A stretch of 64,000 bases of DNA from an uncultured Planctomycetota bacterium (lineage in GTDB: Bacteria; Planctomycetota; Planctomycetia; Gemmatales; Gemmataceae), in the NCBI GenBank assembly GCA_963849325.1, contig CAWKHF010000007.1, forward strand, positions 288,001-352,000, written 5' to 3'. Position numbers and translations under genes: made by a program. This document shows, piece after piece, positions 21,578 through 32,321 of the stretch. The notes under the pieces were generated by a model. That model was not told the DNA's origin, did no database searches, and worked only from the letters and a program-made list of their open reading frames with translations. Within the stretch, counting starts at the first letter, position 1, and each line of letters starts with the position of its first letter.

Positions 21578-23227
21578 CTACGGCGCTTCGTATACGGGCA
21601 GCACGATTCTCGACGGGTATCTCAATGACAAGTGCAGCGTGTTCTTGGCGACCCTGGTTGCCTTGTCGGCGCGAAAGGGTTTGCCGGTGTTGGGATTGGC
21701 CTCGAACCGCGGCGAGTTGGAGGAGGAGACGGCAACTCGGATGCGGTGCCCCCTGTTGAATACCAGCGACGTGCTCCACAAGTCCACGTTCAGCTCGTAG
21801 ACACGGCCCGGCTCCAGAAACGATTCTTTCTCGAACGACTGGTGATAACGCGCCCGCAGGATGCCGTCGCTGACGAGCATCGACCGGCCGTCGGGATACA
21901 CGTCACAGAGTTTCACGGTGAAGTCGGTATCCGGGCAGTCGGACGAGACGAACAGCTTGGCAGTGAGGCGGCCGGTCACCTCGAGCGGTTCCTTCAAGAC
22001 GGGGGAAGAAAACAGCAGCACGTCGGGCCGCTTCTCGACGCCGCGCTGGTCCTTCGGTCCCAGGGGGACGCCCAGTTCCTGCCCGCCAACGGTCTTCACC
22101 GGATCCTTCGGGTCGTAAGTGTAGGTCTTGCGGTCGTCGCCCTCGGGCGGTTTGTCCTTCACAAGTGTGCCGTCGGCGTGGAAGTAGAACCGCGCCGGTC
22201 GGGAAGGAGGCGGCCAATCGTCCTCGTGCCGCCAGCGGTTGCCCGGGGCTTGCGGATCGGTCGGATCACCCATGACGTAATAATGGACGGCCTTTTCTTC
22301 GGCGATGGCGTTTTTCTTGCCGAGGAGGACATGGTCGAACCAGGTGAAGACGTCGCCGCACGCCGGACCCTGAGAGGCGCTGATCGGATATTTCAACTCG
22401 GTGATCGGTCCATGGCCGATTGGGCTGATGACGAGGCGGCACTTGCCCCTGGCTCGCTCGCCGCCGTGATAATGGATGGCCCGGAACGAATTGATGGTGC
22501 CTTGCAAAAAGATGTCGTACCACCCGCCCAGGAAGACCCCCGGCGCTCGTACCTGGGCCGCCCGCGTTTCCGAATTGAGTCGTTTCCAGAAATCATCATA
22601 GCGCGGGTGGGCCACGAACGTCGCCAGGTTCTTTTCGATCATGCCGTTGGATCGTAGCCAAGGTTCGAGGAGTTGGGTACGGAACGCGCCGCCCTGGTAG
22701 GCGGCCTGGCTGTAGTAATCGGAAAAGGCGAGGGCGACGTGCTGGGCCTTCAGCTCGGCAGGCGCCACGGGAGCCGTCATGTTTTGCGTGATGCCCAGGG
22801 CCGAGCTGCCCCAACTGCCGATCTTACCGTTGCACCAGGGTTGCTTGGCGATCCATTCGAGGGTGTCGCGGCCGTCCTGGTGCTCGCCCAGCCCCTCGTT
22901 GCCGAAGATGATGGCGTGGTGTCCCTCGGACTTGAAGCGGCCACGCAGATCCTGGATCACGAACGCGTAACCGTGTCGGGCCGACCGCGCCGCCAGGCCG
23001 GCGGCCCCCCGACTTTTGTCGTAGGGGGTGCGCGCGACAATGACGGGATACCTGCCGGTGCCGTCGCCAGGGAGATACACGTCCGTCGCCAAGCGGACGC
23101 CGTCCTGCATGGCGACCATGTGCGACACGGCCTTGGGAGCCTGTCTGTCCTGGCAACCCGAGCCGATCCCTACGGCCCCGAGGAGCAGCGTCGCCAAAGC
23201 CCACGCCTGCCTGTCAAGCCTGTGCAT
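21578..23227 (-). CDS. CocE/NonD-family hydrolase (probable lipoprotein)
   Basis: DGVRLATDVYLP, RTPYDK, QDLRGRFKSEG, WCNGKIGSWGSSALG, GGWYDIF, DTDFTVKLCDVYPDG, GHRIRVAVSSSNSPRF. Confidence 0.92.
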   Translation of the reverse strand: MHRLDRQAWALATLLLGAVGIGSGCQDRQAPKAVSHMVAMQDGVRLATDVYLPGDGTGRYPVIVARTPYDKSRGAAGLAARSARHGYAFVIQDLRGRFKSEGHHAIIFGNEGLGEHQDGRDTLEWIAKQPWCNGKIGSWGSSALGITQNMTAPVAPAELKAQHVALAFSDYYSQAAYQGGAFRTQLLEPWLRSNGMIEKNLATFVAHPRYDDFWKRLNSETRAAQVRAPGVFLGGWYDIFLQGTINSFRAIHYHGGERARGKCRLVISPIGHGPITELKYPISASQGPACGDVFTWFDHVLLGKKNAIAEEKAVHYYVMGDPTDPQAPGNRWRHEDDWPPPSRPARFYFHADGTLVKDKPPEGDDRKTYTYDPKDPVKTVGGQELGVPLGPKDQRGVEKRPDVLLFSSPVLKEPLEVTGRLTAKLFVSSDCPDTDFTVKLCDVYPDGRSMLVSDGILRARYHQSFEKESFLEPGRVYELNVDLWSTSLVFNRGHRIRVAVSSSNSPRFEANPNTGKPFRADKATRVAKNTLHLSLRYPSRIVLPVYEAP

Positions 23228-23271
23228 GAGAGGGCCCTTTCGCGGTGAAGGATACGGGCGCGATACGGCAC

Positions 23272-23365
23272 CGATCGATCCGCGCCTCCCGCCGCCGGGC
23301 ACCATCCTAACCCGACGCTACAAGGACGGCAACTGCACGTCCAGGTGCTGACGGACGGCTTCAAC
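23272..23365 (+). pseudogene. DUF2924 fragment
   Basis: DPRLPPPGTILTRRYK(G)RQLHVQVLTDGF over about 90 nt with one frameshift. Confidence 0.6.
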
Positions 23366-23572
23366 GTTTATTCGTCGCTCAAGGTTCTGGCGCCGTGCTC
23401 CCTGATTCGCGATCCGCCATCGGCTGCGCGACTGCTCCGATGGGATTTTTGATAGGGACACGGGTATCGTGATCGACTCGGCGGTGTCGGCCCCTCCCGC
23501 AAAAGCAAGGCACCGCCATGGTGTTCGGCGTGGTGTCGTTCACCGCCGGCGGCAGGGAGCGAACCGCAAAGG

Positions 23573-23733
23573 CGCTTCCCGAACGCCAGGCTGGTCTACC
23601 TGTCGAGCCGGACCTACGGCGGCTGGGCGAAAGCGCCGCCAGGCAAGGTCGGCGGATCGGGCAATTCCGAGCCGTACTCCTACGAGACCGGCTTTGCCGT
23701 GAAATGGCTGATCGAGCAGCAGCTCGCAGGCGC
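23573..23733 (+). pseudogene. Start-less fragment of a conserved hypothetical protein
   Basis: RFPNARLVYLSSRTYGGWAK...NSEPYSYETGFAVKWLIEQQL with coding-like codon usage and no start codon. Confidence 0.5.
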
Positions 23734-23871
23734 GGCACAACGGCGCGCAAGGATTTGGTCGCGCGGCGGTAGGACAAGCGTCGTGAATCTCCTTGCCGAC
23801 CATCTCCGGAGGGCGTACATTCGAATCATTCTCGCCCAGCCGCAATGCTCCCTCCTCGACGTAGCCTTCTA

Positions 23872-24581
23872 AGTACAGCTACGCATTGAAAGCAGCGCTA
23901 ATTGACATCAGCTGGGCAAGAAGGACAATCGGGGTTACGAGCATTCCAGGCTTTCTTTCCCCGGTGTTCCCATGCGCGGCCGCAAGAAAATGTTCTCCGT
24001 AGAATTAACCGATCCCCAACGAGCGGAACGGCTGCGCTGGCAGCGCTCCACCACCCTCCCCGCAGGGCTCGTTCGCCGGGGGCGACTGATCCTGCCCTTG
24101 AGCGAGGGCCGCTCCGTGACGGAGGCCGCCCAGATCGCCGGCCTGGCGCCCAACAACGCCCGCAAGTGGGTGCGCCGCTTCCTCGGACAGGGGACCGCGG
24201 GGCTAGACGACCAACCGGGGCGCGGACGCCGGCCGGTCTTTTCCCCCCGAGGTCGCGCTGCATCTGGTTAAGGTCGCCTGCGAACGGCCCGATCGCTACG
24301 GCCGCTCGCTGGCCCAGTGGGATTGCCAGGAACTGGCCCGCCAACTGGTCAACGACGGTTTGGTCGAGAGCATCTCGGCCGACACCGTCGGCCGGATGCG
24401 GAGCGGCTGGAAGCGTTCCTTCGGGAGTGGAACGAAGTCGCTCATCCGTTTGCCTGGAGTACGAAGTCGGTGGCGAAGATCATGGCCAAGTGCGAGCCGC
24501 GACTGCCGAACGAATCGAGCAGTCCGCCCGAACCCGCACAGGCCGCATGATTTCGCCACCTTTTCAATGCCTTTGTGTACT
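23872..24581 (+). mobile_element. Internally deleted IS630-like element
   Basis: Imperfect terminal IRs AGTACA-N5-GCATTGAAA at both ends; HTH ORF 23972..24271 (WVRRF...GLDDQPGRGR.PVFSP), second-frame EVALHLVKVACERP..SLAQWDCQELARQL, then directly the C-terminus EWNEVAHPFAWS; DDE core absent. Confidence 0.8.
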
Positions 24582-24594
24582 AAGGATCCTCCCC

Positions 24595-26965
24595 ATGCCG
24601 ACTCTTCCACAAAAGATGCACTCTCGGTCTCGAACGCCTCTCTATCACCCGCTGCTCTGCCTGGGTGTGATGCTGCTGAGCTGCTCTCCGGCCACTGCGG
24701 AGAGTCTCTCCACTGTGCTACGCTCGGCGCGTAGCGGTCCCTGGTCGTCGGCGACAACCTGGGAGGGCGGCAAGGTTCCCGGCGCGGCAGCGCGTGTCCA
24801 GATCCGCACCGGCCACCGTGTCGAGTACGATGTGGCATCGGACGCGGTGATCCGCTCCATCCACGTCGCCGGCGTCCTGAGCTTTGCCCGCGACCGCGAC
24901 ACGCGCCTCGACGTCGGCCTGATCAAGATCCAGCCCGGCGACGATGCCAGCGAGGACGGCTTCGACTGCGACGCCCACATTCCCTCTTCCGGTCCCAGTG
25001 CCGCACGGCCTGCCCTGGAGGTCGGCACGCCGGAGCGGCCGATCGCCGGCCGGACACACGCGCCCTGATCCGCCTGACTTACGTCGCGGGCATGGACAAG
25101 CAAGTCGTGCCCGGCCATCGTCTGCTGCGGCGGCCGCATGGACTTCCACGGCGCCCCCCTGAGCCGCACCTGGGTCAAGCTCGGCGACACTGCCAAGGCG
25201 GGCGACACTGCCGTGACACTGGCCGAGCCGGTGACCGGCTGGCGCGTCGGCGACCGCGTCATCGTCACGGCCACGCAGCGCTCTTCTCGCAGGCGTGGAT
25301 CGTTCACCGAGGAGCGCATCCTCACAGGCCATCGACGGCGACCGGCTCACGCTCGACCGGCCGCTGGAGCACGAGCATCTGGGACGCGGCGACTATCGCG
25401 GCGAGGTCGCCAACCTGAGCCGCAACGTCGTCGTCGAGTCGGCCGACCCCGCGGGCGAGCGCGGCCACACGATGTACCACCGCCGCTCGGCCGGCGCCAT
25501 CAGCTACGCCGAGTTCCGCCACCTCGGCAAGCAGGGCGTGCTCGGCCGCTACAGCCTGCACTACCACCTCGTCGGCGACACGCATGCGCGGCAGCTACGT
25601 CATCGGGGCCTCGATCTGGGACAGCGGCAACCGCTGGCTGACCATCCACGGCACCAACTACCTCGTCGTCCGCGACTGCGTCGGCTACAGGAGCGTCGGC
25701 CACGGCTTCTTCCTGGAGGACGGCACCGAGGTCTTCAACGTCCTCGACCGCAACCTCGCCGTCGGCGCTCGCGCCGCCAAGCCGCTGCCCAAGCAGGTGC
25801 TGCCGTTCGACCAGAACGAGGGGGCCGGCTTCTGGTGGGCCAACAGCCTCAACACCTTCACGCGCAACGTCGCCGCCGAGAACGACCACTACGGCTTCCG
25901 CTTCGAGGCCACGCCGAGCAGCGCGCTCAAGCTCACCTTCCCGGTGCATGCAGCCCGACGGCAGCCGCAAGGTGCTCGACATCCGCACGCTGCCGTTCGT
26001 CCGCTTCGACGACAACGAGGTCCACAGCAGCGTCGGCCTGTACGGCGTCAACCTCGGCGAGGGCGTCAACCGCGTCGGCCCGGACGCACGCCATCCGTTC
26101 ATCGTCCGCAACCTGAAAATCTGGGACGTCCACTACGCCTTCCGCCCGCAGGTGCCGTCGCTGCTGGTGGAGAACCTGACCATCCACCGGGCGGACTACG
26201 GCGTCTACCACCCCAACTACGACCACCACGTCTACCGCAACCTGACCATCAGCGAGACGAACACCGAGCCGTTCAACCGCGGCCACGACGACCTCAGCGT
26301 GCAGTACGGCGCCCTGGCCGTGGACGGCCTGACGTTCGCGGGCATCCGTTCCGGCGGCGAGATGCCGCTGATCCAGATCAGCGACGACAACCCGACCGGC
26401 ACGGCTGTCATCGCACTTCCGCAACGTCAAGATGGTGAACTGGATCGGGCAGCAAGGATCGGGCGCTGGTGAACCTGGGCGGCGGTCCGCGGCCGCACGC
26501 CGAAGACGGCGAAGGGCGTGCCGGTCTACCTGCACGACTGGTTCGGTCCCGGCCGGCACGCCAAGGTGGTCAGCACGCGCTCGCCCGAGTTCAAGGCGGA
26601 GGCCGGACAAGTATCGCGCCGGAGCCGCTGCTGACCGGCGACGAGTCGCGCGTGGCCGAGGTGCGAGATCGTGGCCTTCCCGAAGCTGCTCGACCCGGTG
26701 GACGACCTGCCGCCGGCGACGGTCATCACGCACGTCCGCGCCGCCGGCGGCAAGCTGGCTGGTGCGCGGGACCACGTCGGACAACGGGACGGTGAAGCGC
26801 GTGCTGGTCAACGGCAAGGAGGCTCGCGCCCTGGCCGAGAACTTCGCCGAGTGGGAAATCATTTTGGACGGCGTTCCCTCCTCCGGGCTGAAGCTGTCTG
26901 CCCACGCCGAAGACGCCGCCGGCAATGTCGAAAAACGGCCGCACGAATGGACGCTTGGACGCTAA
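24595..26965 (+). CDS. Secreted G8-domain / beta-helix protein (multiple frameshifts)
   Basis: RSARSGPWSSATTWEGGKVP, GWRVGDRVIVTAT, GEVANLSRNVVVES, AEFRHLGKQGVLGRYSLHYH, GHGFFLEDGTE. Confidence 0.85.
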
Positions 26966-26980
26966 CAGTCTGTTCCCAAA

Positions 26981-27100
26981 GCTCCCCTCTCCCCCTGTAC
27001 TCAGGGGGAGAGGGGTTGGGGTGAGGGGGTGCGGTTTCCGCAGGTTTCTCTCCCCCTCACCCCCAACCCCTCTCCCCCCGAGTACAGGGGGAGAGGGGCT
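26981..27100. repeat. Long inverted repeat (REP-like, CCCCTCTCCCC..GTAC..GGGGAGAGGGG family)
   Basis: cccctctccccctgtactcagggggagaggggttggggtgagggg versus cccctcacccccaacccctctccccccgagtacagggggagagggg. Confidence 0.9.
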
Positions 27101-27150
27101 TTCGAGACAGACTCTGACAGCACCCATCACTCAAGCTGCAAGATGACACC

Positions 27151-29409
27151 ATGGCCCGCTTAACACCCAGCGAAAAGCAAGACATCATCCGCTTCCTCGA
27201 AGCCGACAAGCCGTTGCCGGACAAGTATCGCTTTCTGCTTTTCGACGACAAACGCGAGGTCGAATTGGTCTGGAACGGCAAGACCAGCGAAGTTTGCAAC
27301 GTCGTTCTGCCTTTCCAAGTCATCGAGCAGGTGGACGAGCCGCGCGCCGAAGCGGTCAAGGAGCAGCCGACGCTGTTCAACATGGACGAGCGCGGCCGGC
27401 AGCTTACCGGCTGGACCAACAAGCTCATCTGGGGCGAGAACAAGCTCATCCTCTCCAGCCTCAAAAATGGCCCGCTGCGCGAGGAGATCGAGGCCCAGGG
27501 CGGCATCAAGCTCATCTACATCGACCCGCCCTTCGACGTGGGCGCCGACTTCAGCATGGACATCGAGATCGGCGACGACACCTTCACCAAAAAGCCCAAC
27601 ATCCTCGAGGAAATCGCCTACCGCGACACCTGGGGCAAAGGGGCGGATTCGTTTATTTCGATGATTTACGAACGACTGATCCTGATGCGCGATCTGCTGG
27701 CGGAAGATGGAAGCATTTATGTGCACATGGGATGGGGCGTGGCGCACTACGTTCGAGCAGTGTTGGATGAGGTTTTTGGTAAGAAGAATTGCGTCAATCA
27801 GATCATTTGGAAACGACAAACAGCGCACAGCGATACCGGCCAAGGTTCTGAGCACCTGGGGCGACTTCATGACGTTGTTCTTCTCTATTCAAAGAGCGAT
27901 CGGTTTCCATGGAACATGCAGTTCACTCCTTACGATGAATCGTATCTCCAATCTCATTACAGCCGAGTCGAATCCGAAACTGGCAGGCGATACCGTCTTG
28001 ACAACCTCACGGCCCCCGGCGGGGCAGGCAAGGGTAATCCTACATACGAGTATCTGGGCGTAACAAGATTCTGGCGCTATTCGCGGGAACGAATGGACGA
28101 ATTGTATCGAGCTGGCCGAGTGGTGCAAACGAAGCCGGGCACGGTTCCACAGTACAAGCGATACTTAGACGAAATGCCCGGTGTCCCAATTCAAGATCTT
28201 TGGACTGACCTAACATCGGTGAATTCTCAAGCAAAGGAAGCAGTCGGGTACGCAACACAAAAACCAGCAAACCTGCTTGAGCGGGTGATTTCTTTATCCT
28301 CAAACGAAAACGACCTCGTCGCCGATTTCTTCTGCGGCTCCGGCACGACGGCGGCAGTCGCGGAGAAACTGGGCCGCAAATGGATCGTCAGCGATCTCGG
28401 CAAATTCGCCATCCACACCACGCGCAAGCGCCTCATCGGCGTGCAGCGCGAGCGCAAGGCGAAGGACCAAACCTATCGCGCCTTTGAAATCCTCAACCTC
28501 GGCAAGTACGAACGGCAGCACTTCATCGGCGTCAATCCCAACCTGCGCGAAGAGGAACAGCAGAAGCAGCTCGAAGCGAAAGAGGCCCAGTTCCTCGACC
28601 TGATCCTCAAGGCGTACAAGGCGGAGAAGACGACTGGCCTGCGCGTCTTTCACGGCAAGAAGGCGGGTCGCATGGTCGTCGTCGGCCCGGTCAATCTGCC
28701 GGTGACGCGGCTGTTCGTCGAAGAGATCATCCTCGAATGCCGGCAGAAGCGCATCACGCAAGGTCGATCTGCTGGGTTTCGAGTTTGAGATGGGCCTGTT
28801 CCCCAATGTGCTCGACGAGGCGAAATCGAAGGGGATCGACATCCAGCCCAAGTACATCCCGGCCGAGGTGTTCGACAAGCGCGCGGTGGAGAAGGCTCAA
28901 GTGGTCTTCCACGACGTGGCCGCCATCGAGGTGAAGCCGCTTGTGAAGGGCAAGACGGTGGCGGTGCAGCTGACCGATTTCTCGGTCTACTATTCGCAGG
29001 ACAGCACCAAGGCGGCAGTCGAATCGCTCAAGGAGAAGGGGAGCAAGATCGTCGTCGAAAAGGGGCAAATCGTCAAGGTCGCGAAGGACAAGAACGGCAT
29101 CGTGACCAAGGAGACGTTGACGAAGCACTGGACGGACTGGATCGATTACTGGTCGGTCGATTTCGATTTCGAGAGCAAGAAGGAGATCATCCGCGTCAAG
29201 GACGAGGCGACGGGCGAGATGGTGGAGCGCTGGACCGGCGACTTCATCTTCGAGAACGAGTGGCAGAGCTTCCGCACGAAGAAAGACCGCAGCTGGAATT
29301 GACGAGCGCGGCAACGGAAGTGGACAAGAAGCGAGTGAAGATCGCGGTCAAGGTGGTGGACATTTTCGGCAACGACACGATGACCATTGTGGACGTATCG
29401 CTGCGATGA
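27151..29409 (+). CDS. mod: Type III-like R-M modification subunit, N6-adenine DNA methyltransferase (frameshifts near 28760 and 29293)
   Basis: IKLIYIDPPF motif IV, YATQKP, DFFCGSGTT motif I; C-terminal DWIDYWSVDFD...FENEWQSFRT...IAVKVVDIFGNDT; immediately upstream of the helicase-nuclease. Confidence 0.9.
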
Positions 29410-29589
29410 GCCGCGCACGCAGTAAGCGGTTTGTAGCTGCGCTTACTGCGTGCGCGGCTCGGAAACGCTTATGGCGTGCGCGGCTCGGAAACGCTTATGG
29501 CGTGCGCGGCTCGGAAACGCTTACTGCGTGCGCGGCTCGGAAACGCTTATGGCGTGCGCGGCTCCGACCGCTTACTGCGTGCGCGGCTC
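29408..29589. repeat. REP-like cluster: one inverted copy plus six tandem copies of a 26-bp unit
   Basis: gagccgcgcacgcagtaagc at 29408; gctta(ct/tg)gcgtgcgcggctc(ggaaac) at 29441, 29467, 29493, 29519, 29545, 29570. Confidence 0.95.
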
Positions 29590-29601
29590 TTTGGAGGAAT
29601 T

Positions 29602-32283
29602 ATGGCCCTGCATCCCAACTTTCCCGATGATCCGCAGGCGATTCTCGACCCGGCGATCCGCTGGTTTCCCGCCGACGAGGCCCTGCGCACGTCGAGCTTC
29701 GAGAAACTGTTGCCGCCCCTGGTGCCGACACTTCGCAAGGAAGTCAAGGAATGGCGCGACGGCGGCTACGAAGGGGCCAGCGCGACCAGCAAGAGCCTAC
29801 TGCGCTGGTGGTTTGTCGAGCAACATCTCCTACCGAGGGCGGATGGGACGTTGCAGGAGTTTCATTATTTCTTTGCGCAGCGCGAGGCACTGGAAACCAT
29901 CGTGTATCTTTACGATGTGATTGGCGTGAAGGACAAGTATGACCTGATGCGTTTTGACAGCTCCGGGGCCGTGTCCAGCGGCATGTTTGACGAAACCTGG
30001 CGGCGCTTCGTCGTGAAAATGGCGACCGGCGCCGGCAAGACGAAGGTGCTGAGTCTGATCCTCGCCTGGAGTTTCTTTCACAAGCTCTACGAGCCGGATT
30101 CAACGCTCGCGCGCAACTTTCTCGTGATCGCGCCGAACATCATCGTTCTCGACCGCATCCTCAAGGACTTCGACGGCTTGAAGATCTTCTTTCACGATCC
30201 CGTTCTACCCGATAACGGGTTTGAGGGCCGTAACTGGCGCGATGACTTTCAGCTGACCCTACACGTGCAGGACGAGGTGCGCGTTGTCCGCAAGACGGGC
30301 AACATCTTCCTGACGAACATCCATCGTGTTTACGCCGGCAACGAGTCGCTTCCGTCCGTGGACGACGAAGACACGATGGACTATTTTCTCGGCCCTCGGC
30401 CGACCGGGGCGACGACGGCCAGCAAGGTGGACCTGGGCACGATCGTGCGCGACATCGAGGAGCTGGCCGTCCTGAACGACGAAGCGCATCACATTCACGA
30501 TCCCAAGATGGCCTGGTTCAAGTCGATTGAGGACATCCACCATCGGCTTTTGCAGAAGGATTCGGCGCTTTCGCTGCAAGTGGACACGACGGCGACGCCG
30601 CGGCACAACAATGGCGCCATCTTCGTCCAGACCGTCTGCGATTATCCGCTGGTGGAAGCCATTTCGCAGAACGTCGTCAAGCATCCGGTCTTGCCGGACC
30701 AGGCGAGCCGGGCCAAGCTGCACGAGCGTCCGAGTGCCAAGTACACGGAAAAGTACGCCGACTATCTGCACCTGGGCGTGATCGAATGGCGCAAGGCCTA
30801 CGAAGAACATGAAAAGCTTGGCAAGAAGGCGATCCTCTTCGTGATGACCGACGACACGAGGAATTGCGACGACGTGGCGGCGTATTTGGAAGGAACCTAC
30901 CCGGACCTCAAAGGGGCCGTCCTCATTATCCACACAAAGAACAACGGGGAAATCTCGGAAGCATCAACGGGCAAAAGCAAGGAGGAGCTTGAAGCGTTGC
31001 GCAAGCAGGCCAATGAAATCGATGGTATGGACAATCCGTACAAGGCCATTGTCTCCGTTCTCATGCTCAAGGAAGGCTGGGACGTGCGCAACGTGACAAC
31101 AATAGTGGGCCTGCGGCCGTATGGCGCCCACAGCAAAATCCTTCCCGAGCAAACGCTGGGTCGCGGCCTCCGCAAGATGTATCCGGGAAGGGTAGAGGAA
31201 TACGTGAGTGTCGTCGGCACCGAGGCGTTCATGGATTTCGTCGAATCGATCCAGGCTGAGGGCGTGGTCCTGGAGCGCAAGGCAATGGGCGAGGGCACCG
31301 GCGCCAAAGCGCCGCTCGTGGTGGAAGTGGACAACGAAAACAAGCAGAAGGACCTGGACAAGCTCGATATCGAAATCCCGGTGATGACGCCTCGGACCTA
31401 TCGCGAGTACAAGAACCTGGATCTCATCGATCCGGCGAACATTGAGCACTCGAAGCAGCTCTACCTGCACTTCAGCGACGAAGAGAAACGCGAAATAGTA
31501 TTCAAGGACATCACCAGCGGCGAAATCACCCATACGACGGTACTGGACATTGCCGACGTAGCGGACAGCACCAGCGTCATCGGCTACTTCGCGCAAACCA
31601 TCATGAAGGATCTGCGCCTCGTGAGCGGATATGCCGTGCTGTACCCCAAGGTGAAAGCCTTTGTGCGCGATCATCTTTTCGGGCAAACCATCGAGATGGA
31701 AGACGCCAACACGCTTCGCAACCTGTCGGAACTCGCGGCGACCAAGACGATAATCGAAGGATTCAAGAAGGCGATCAACGCGCTCACCGTGCAGGACAAG
31801 GGCAACGCCGAGATACGCGATCGCATCAAACTTCGGCAAACCCGGCCCTTCGTGACCAAGGATCAGGGGTTCCTCGTACCGAAGAAAAGTGTCTTCAGCC
31901 GGATCATCGGCGACGGCAATCTCGAGCTCGAATTCGCCAGCTTCCTGGACCGATGCGACGATATTGTTTCTTTCGCCAAGAACTACCTCGCCGTCGGCTT
32001 CAAGTTGGATTACGTGAATGCCGATGGCGACATCTCGAACTACTATCCAGACTTCTTCGTGAAAGTCAGTGACAGAGAAATCTTCATCGTCGAGACGAAG
32101 GGGCGTGAAGACCTCGACGTACCGCTGAAGATGGCCAGACTGAAACAGTGGTGCAAGGACATCAACAAGTCCCAGGACAATGTGCGCTTCGATTTTGTTT
32201 TCGTGGACGAGGAAGGCTTTAACAAGTACCAGCCGAAAACATTCGCTGCCTTGCTCAAATCGTTCCGGGAGTACAAGGATTAG
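29602..32283 (+). CDS. res: Type III-like restriction subunit (SF2 helicase + C-terminal nuclease)
   Basis: GGAGG RBS before ATG 29602; KMATGAGKT, NDEAHH, TATP, MLKEGWDVRNV, EQTLGRGLR, YYPDF...IVETKGRE. Confidence 0.92.
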   Translation: MALHPNFPDDPQAILDPAIRWFPADEALRTSSFEKLLPPLVPTLRKEVKEWRDGGYEGASATSKSLLRWWFVEQHLLPRADGTLQEFHYFFAQREALETIVYLYDVIGVKDKYDLMRFDSSGAVSSGMFDETWRRFVVKMATGAGKTKVLSLILAWSFFHKLYEPDSTLARNFLVIAPNIIVLDRILKDFDGLKIFFHDPVLPDNGFEGRNWRDDFQLTLHVQDEVRVVRKTGNIFLTNIHRVYAGNESLPSVDDEDTMDYFLGPRPTGATTASKVDLGTIVRDIEELAVLNDEAHHIHDPKMAWFKSIEDIHHRLLQKDSALSLQVDTTATPRHNNGAIFVQTVCDYPLVEAISQNVVKHPVLPDQASRAKLHERPSAKYTEKYADYLHLGVIEWRKAYEEHEKLGKKAILFVMTDDTRNCDDVAAYLEGTYPDLKGAVLIIHTKNNGEISEASTGKSKEELEALRKQANEIDGMDNPYKAIVSVLMLKEGWDVRNVTTIVGLRPYGAHSKILPEQTLGRGLRKMYPGRVEEYVSVVGTEAFMDFVESIQAEGVVLERKAMGEGTGAKAPLVVEVDNENKQKDLDKLDIEIPVMTPRTYREYKNLDLIDPANIEHSKQLYLHFSDEEKREIVFKDITSGEITHTTVLDIADVADSTSVIGYFAQTIMKDLRLVSGYAVLYPKVKAFVRDHLFGQTIEMEDANTLRNLSELAATKTIIEGFKKAINALTVQDKGNAEIRDRIKLRQTRPFVTKDQGFLVPKKSVFSRIIGDGNLELEFASFLDRCDDIVSFAKNYLAVGFKLDYVNADGDISNYYPDFFVKVSDREIFIVETKGREDLDVPLKMARLKQWCKDINKSQDNVRFDFVFVDEEGFNKYQPKTFAALLKSFREYKD

Positions 32284-32321
32284 AAAATCCGTGTCGAAAA
32301 GAAAAAGAATCGAGACTACCC

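Noticed and set aside
27151-29409. Phase-variable frameshifts in mod
   Set aside because: The indels near 28760 and 29293 are not in simple-sequence repeats and resemble the indel errors seen across the window.
29441-29589. CRISPR array
   Set aside because: Units are head-to-tail with a constant 5-6 nt linker, there are no unique spacers, and no cas genes are in the window.
29476-29601. N-terminal extension of Res
   Set aside because: It is a translation of the repeat array; GGAGG precedes ATG 29602.
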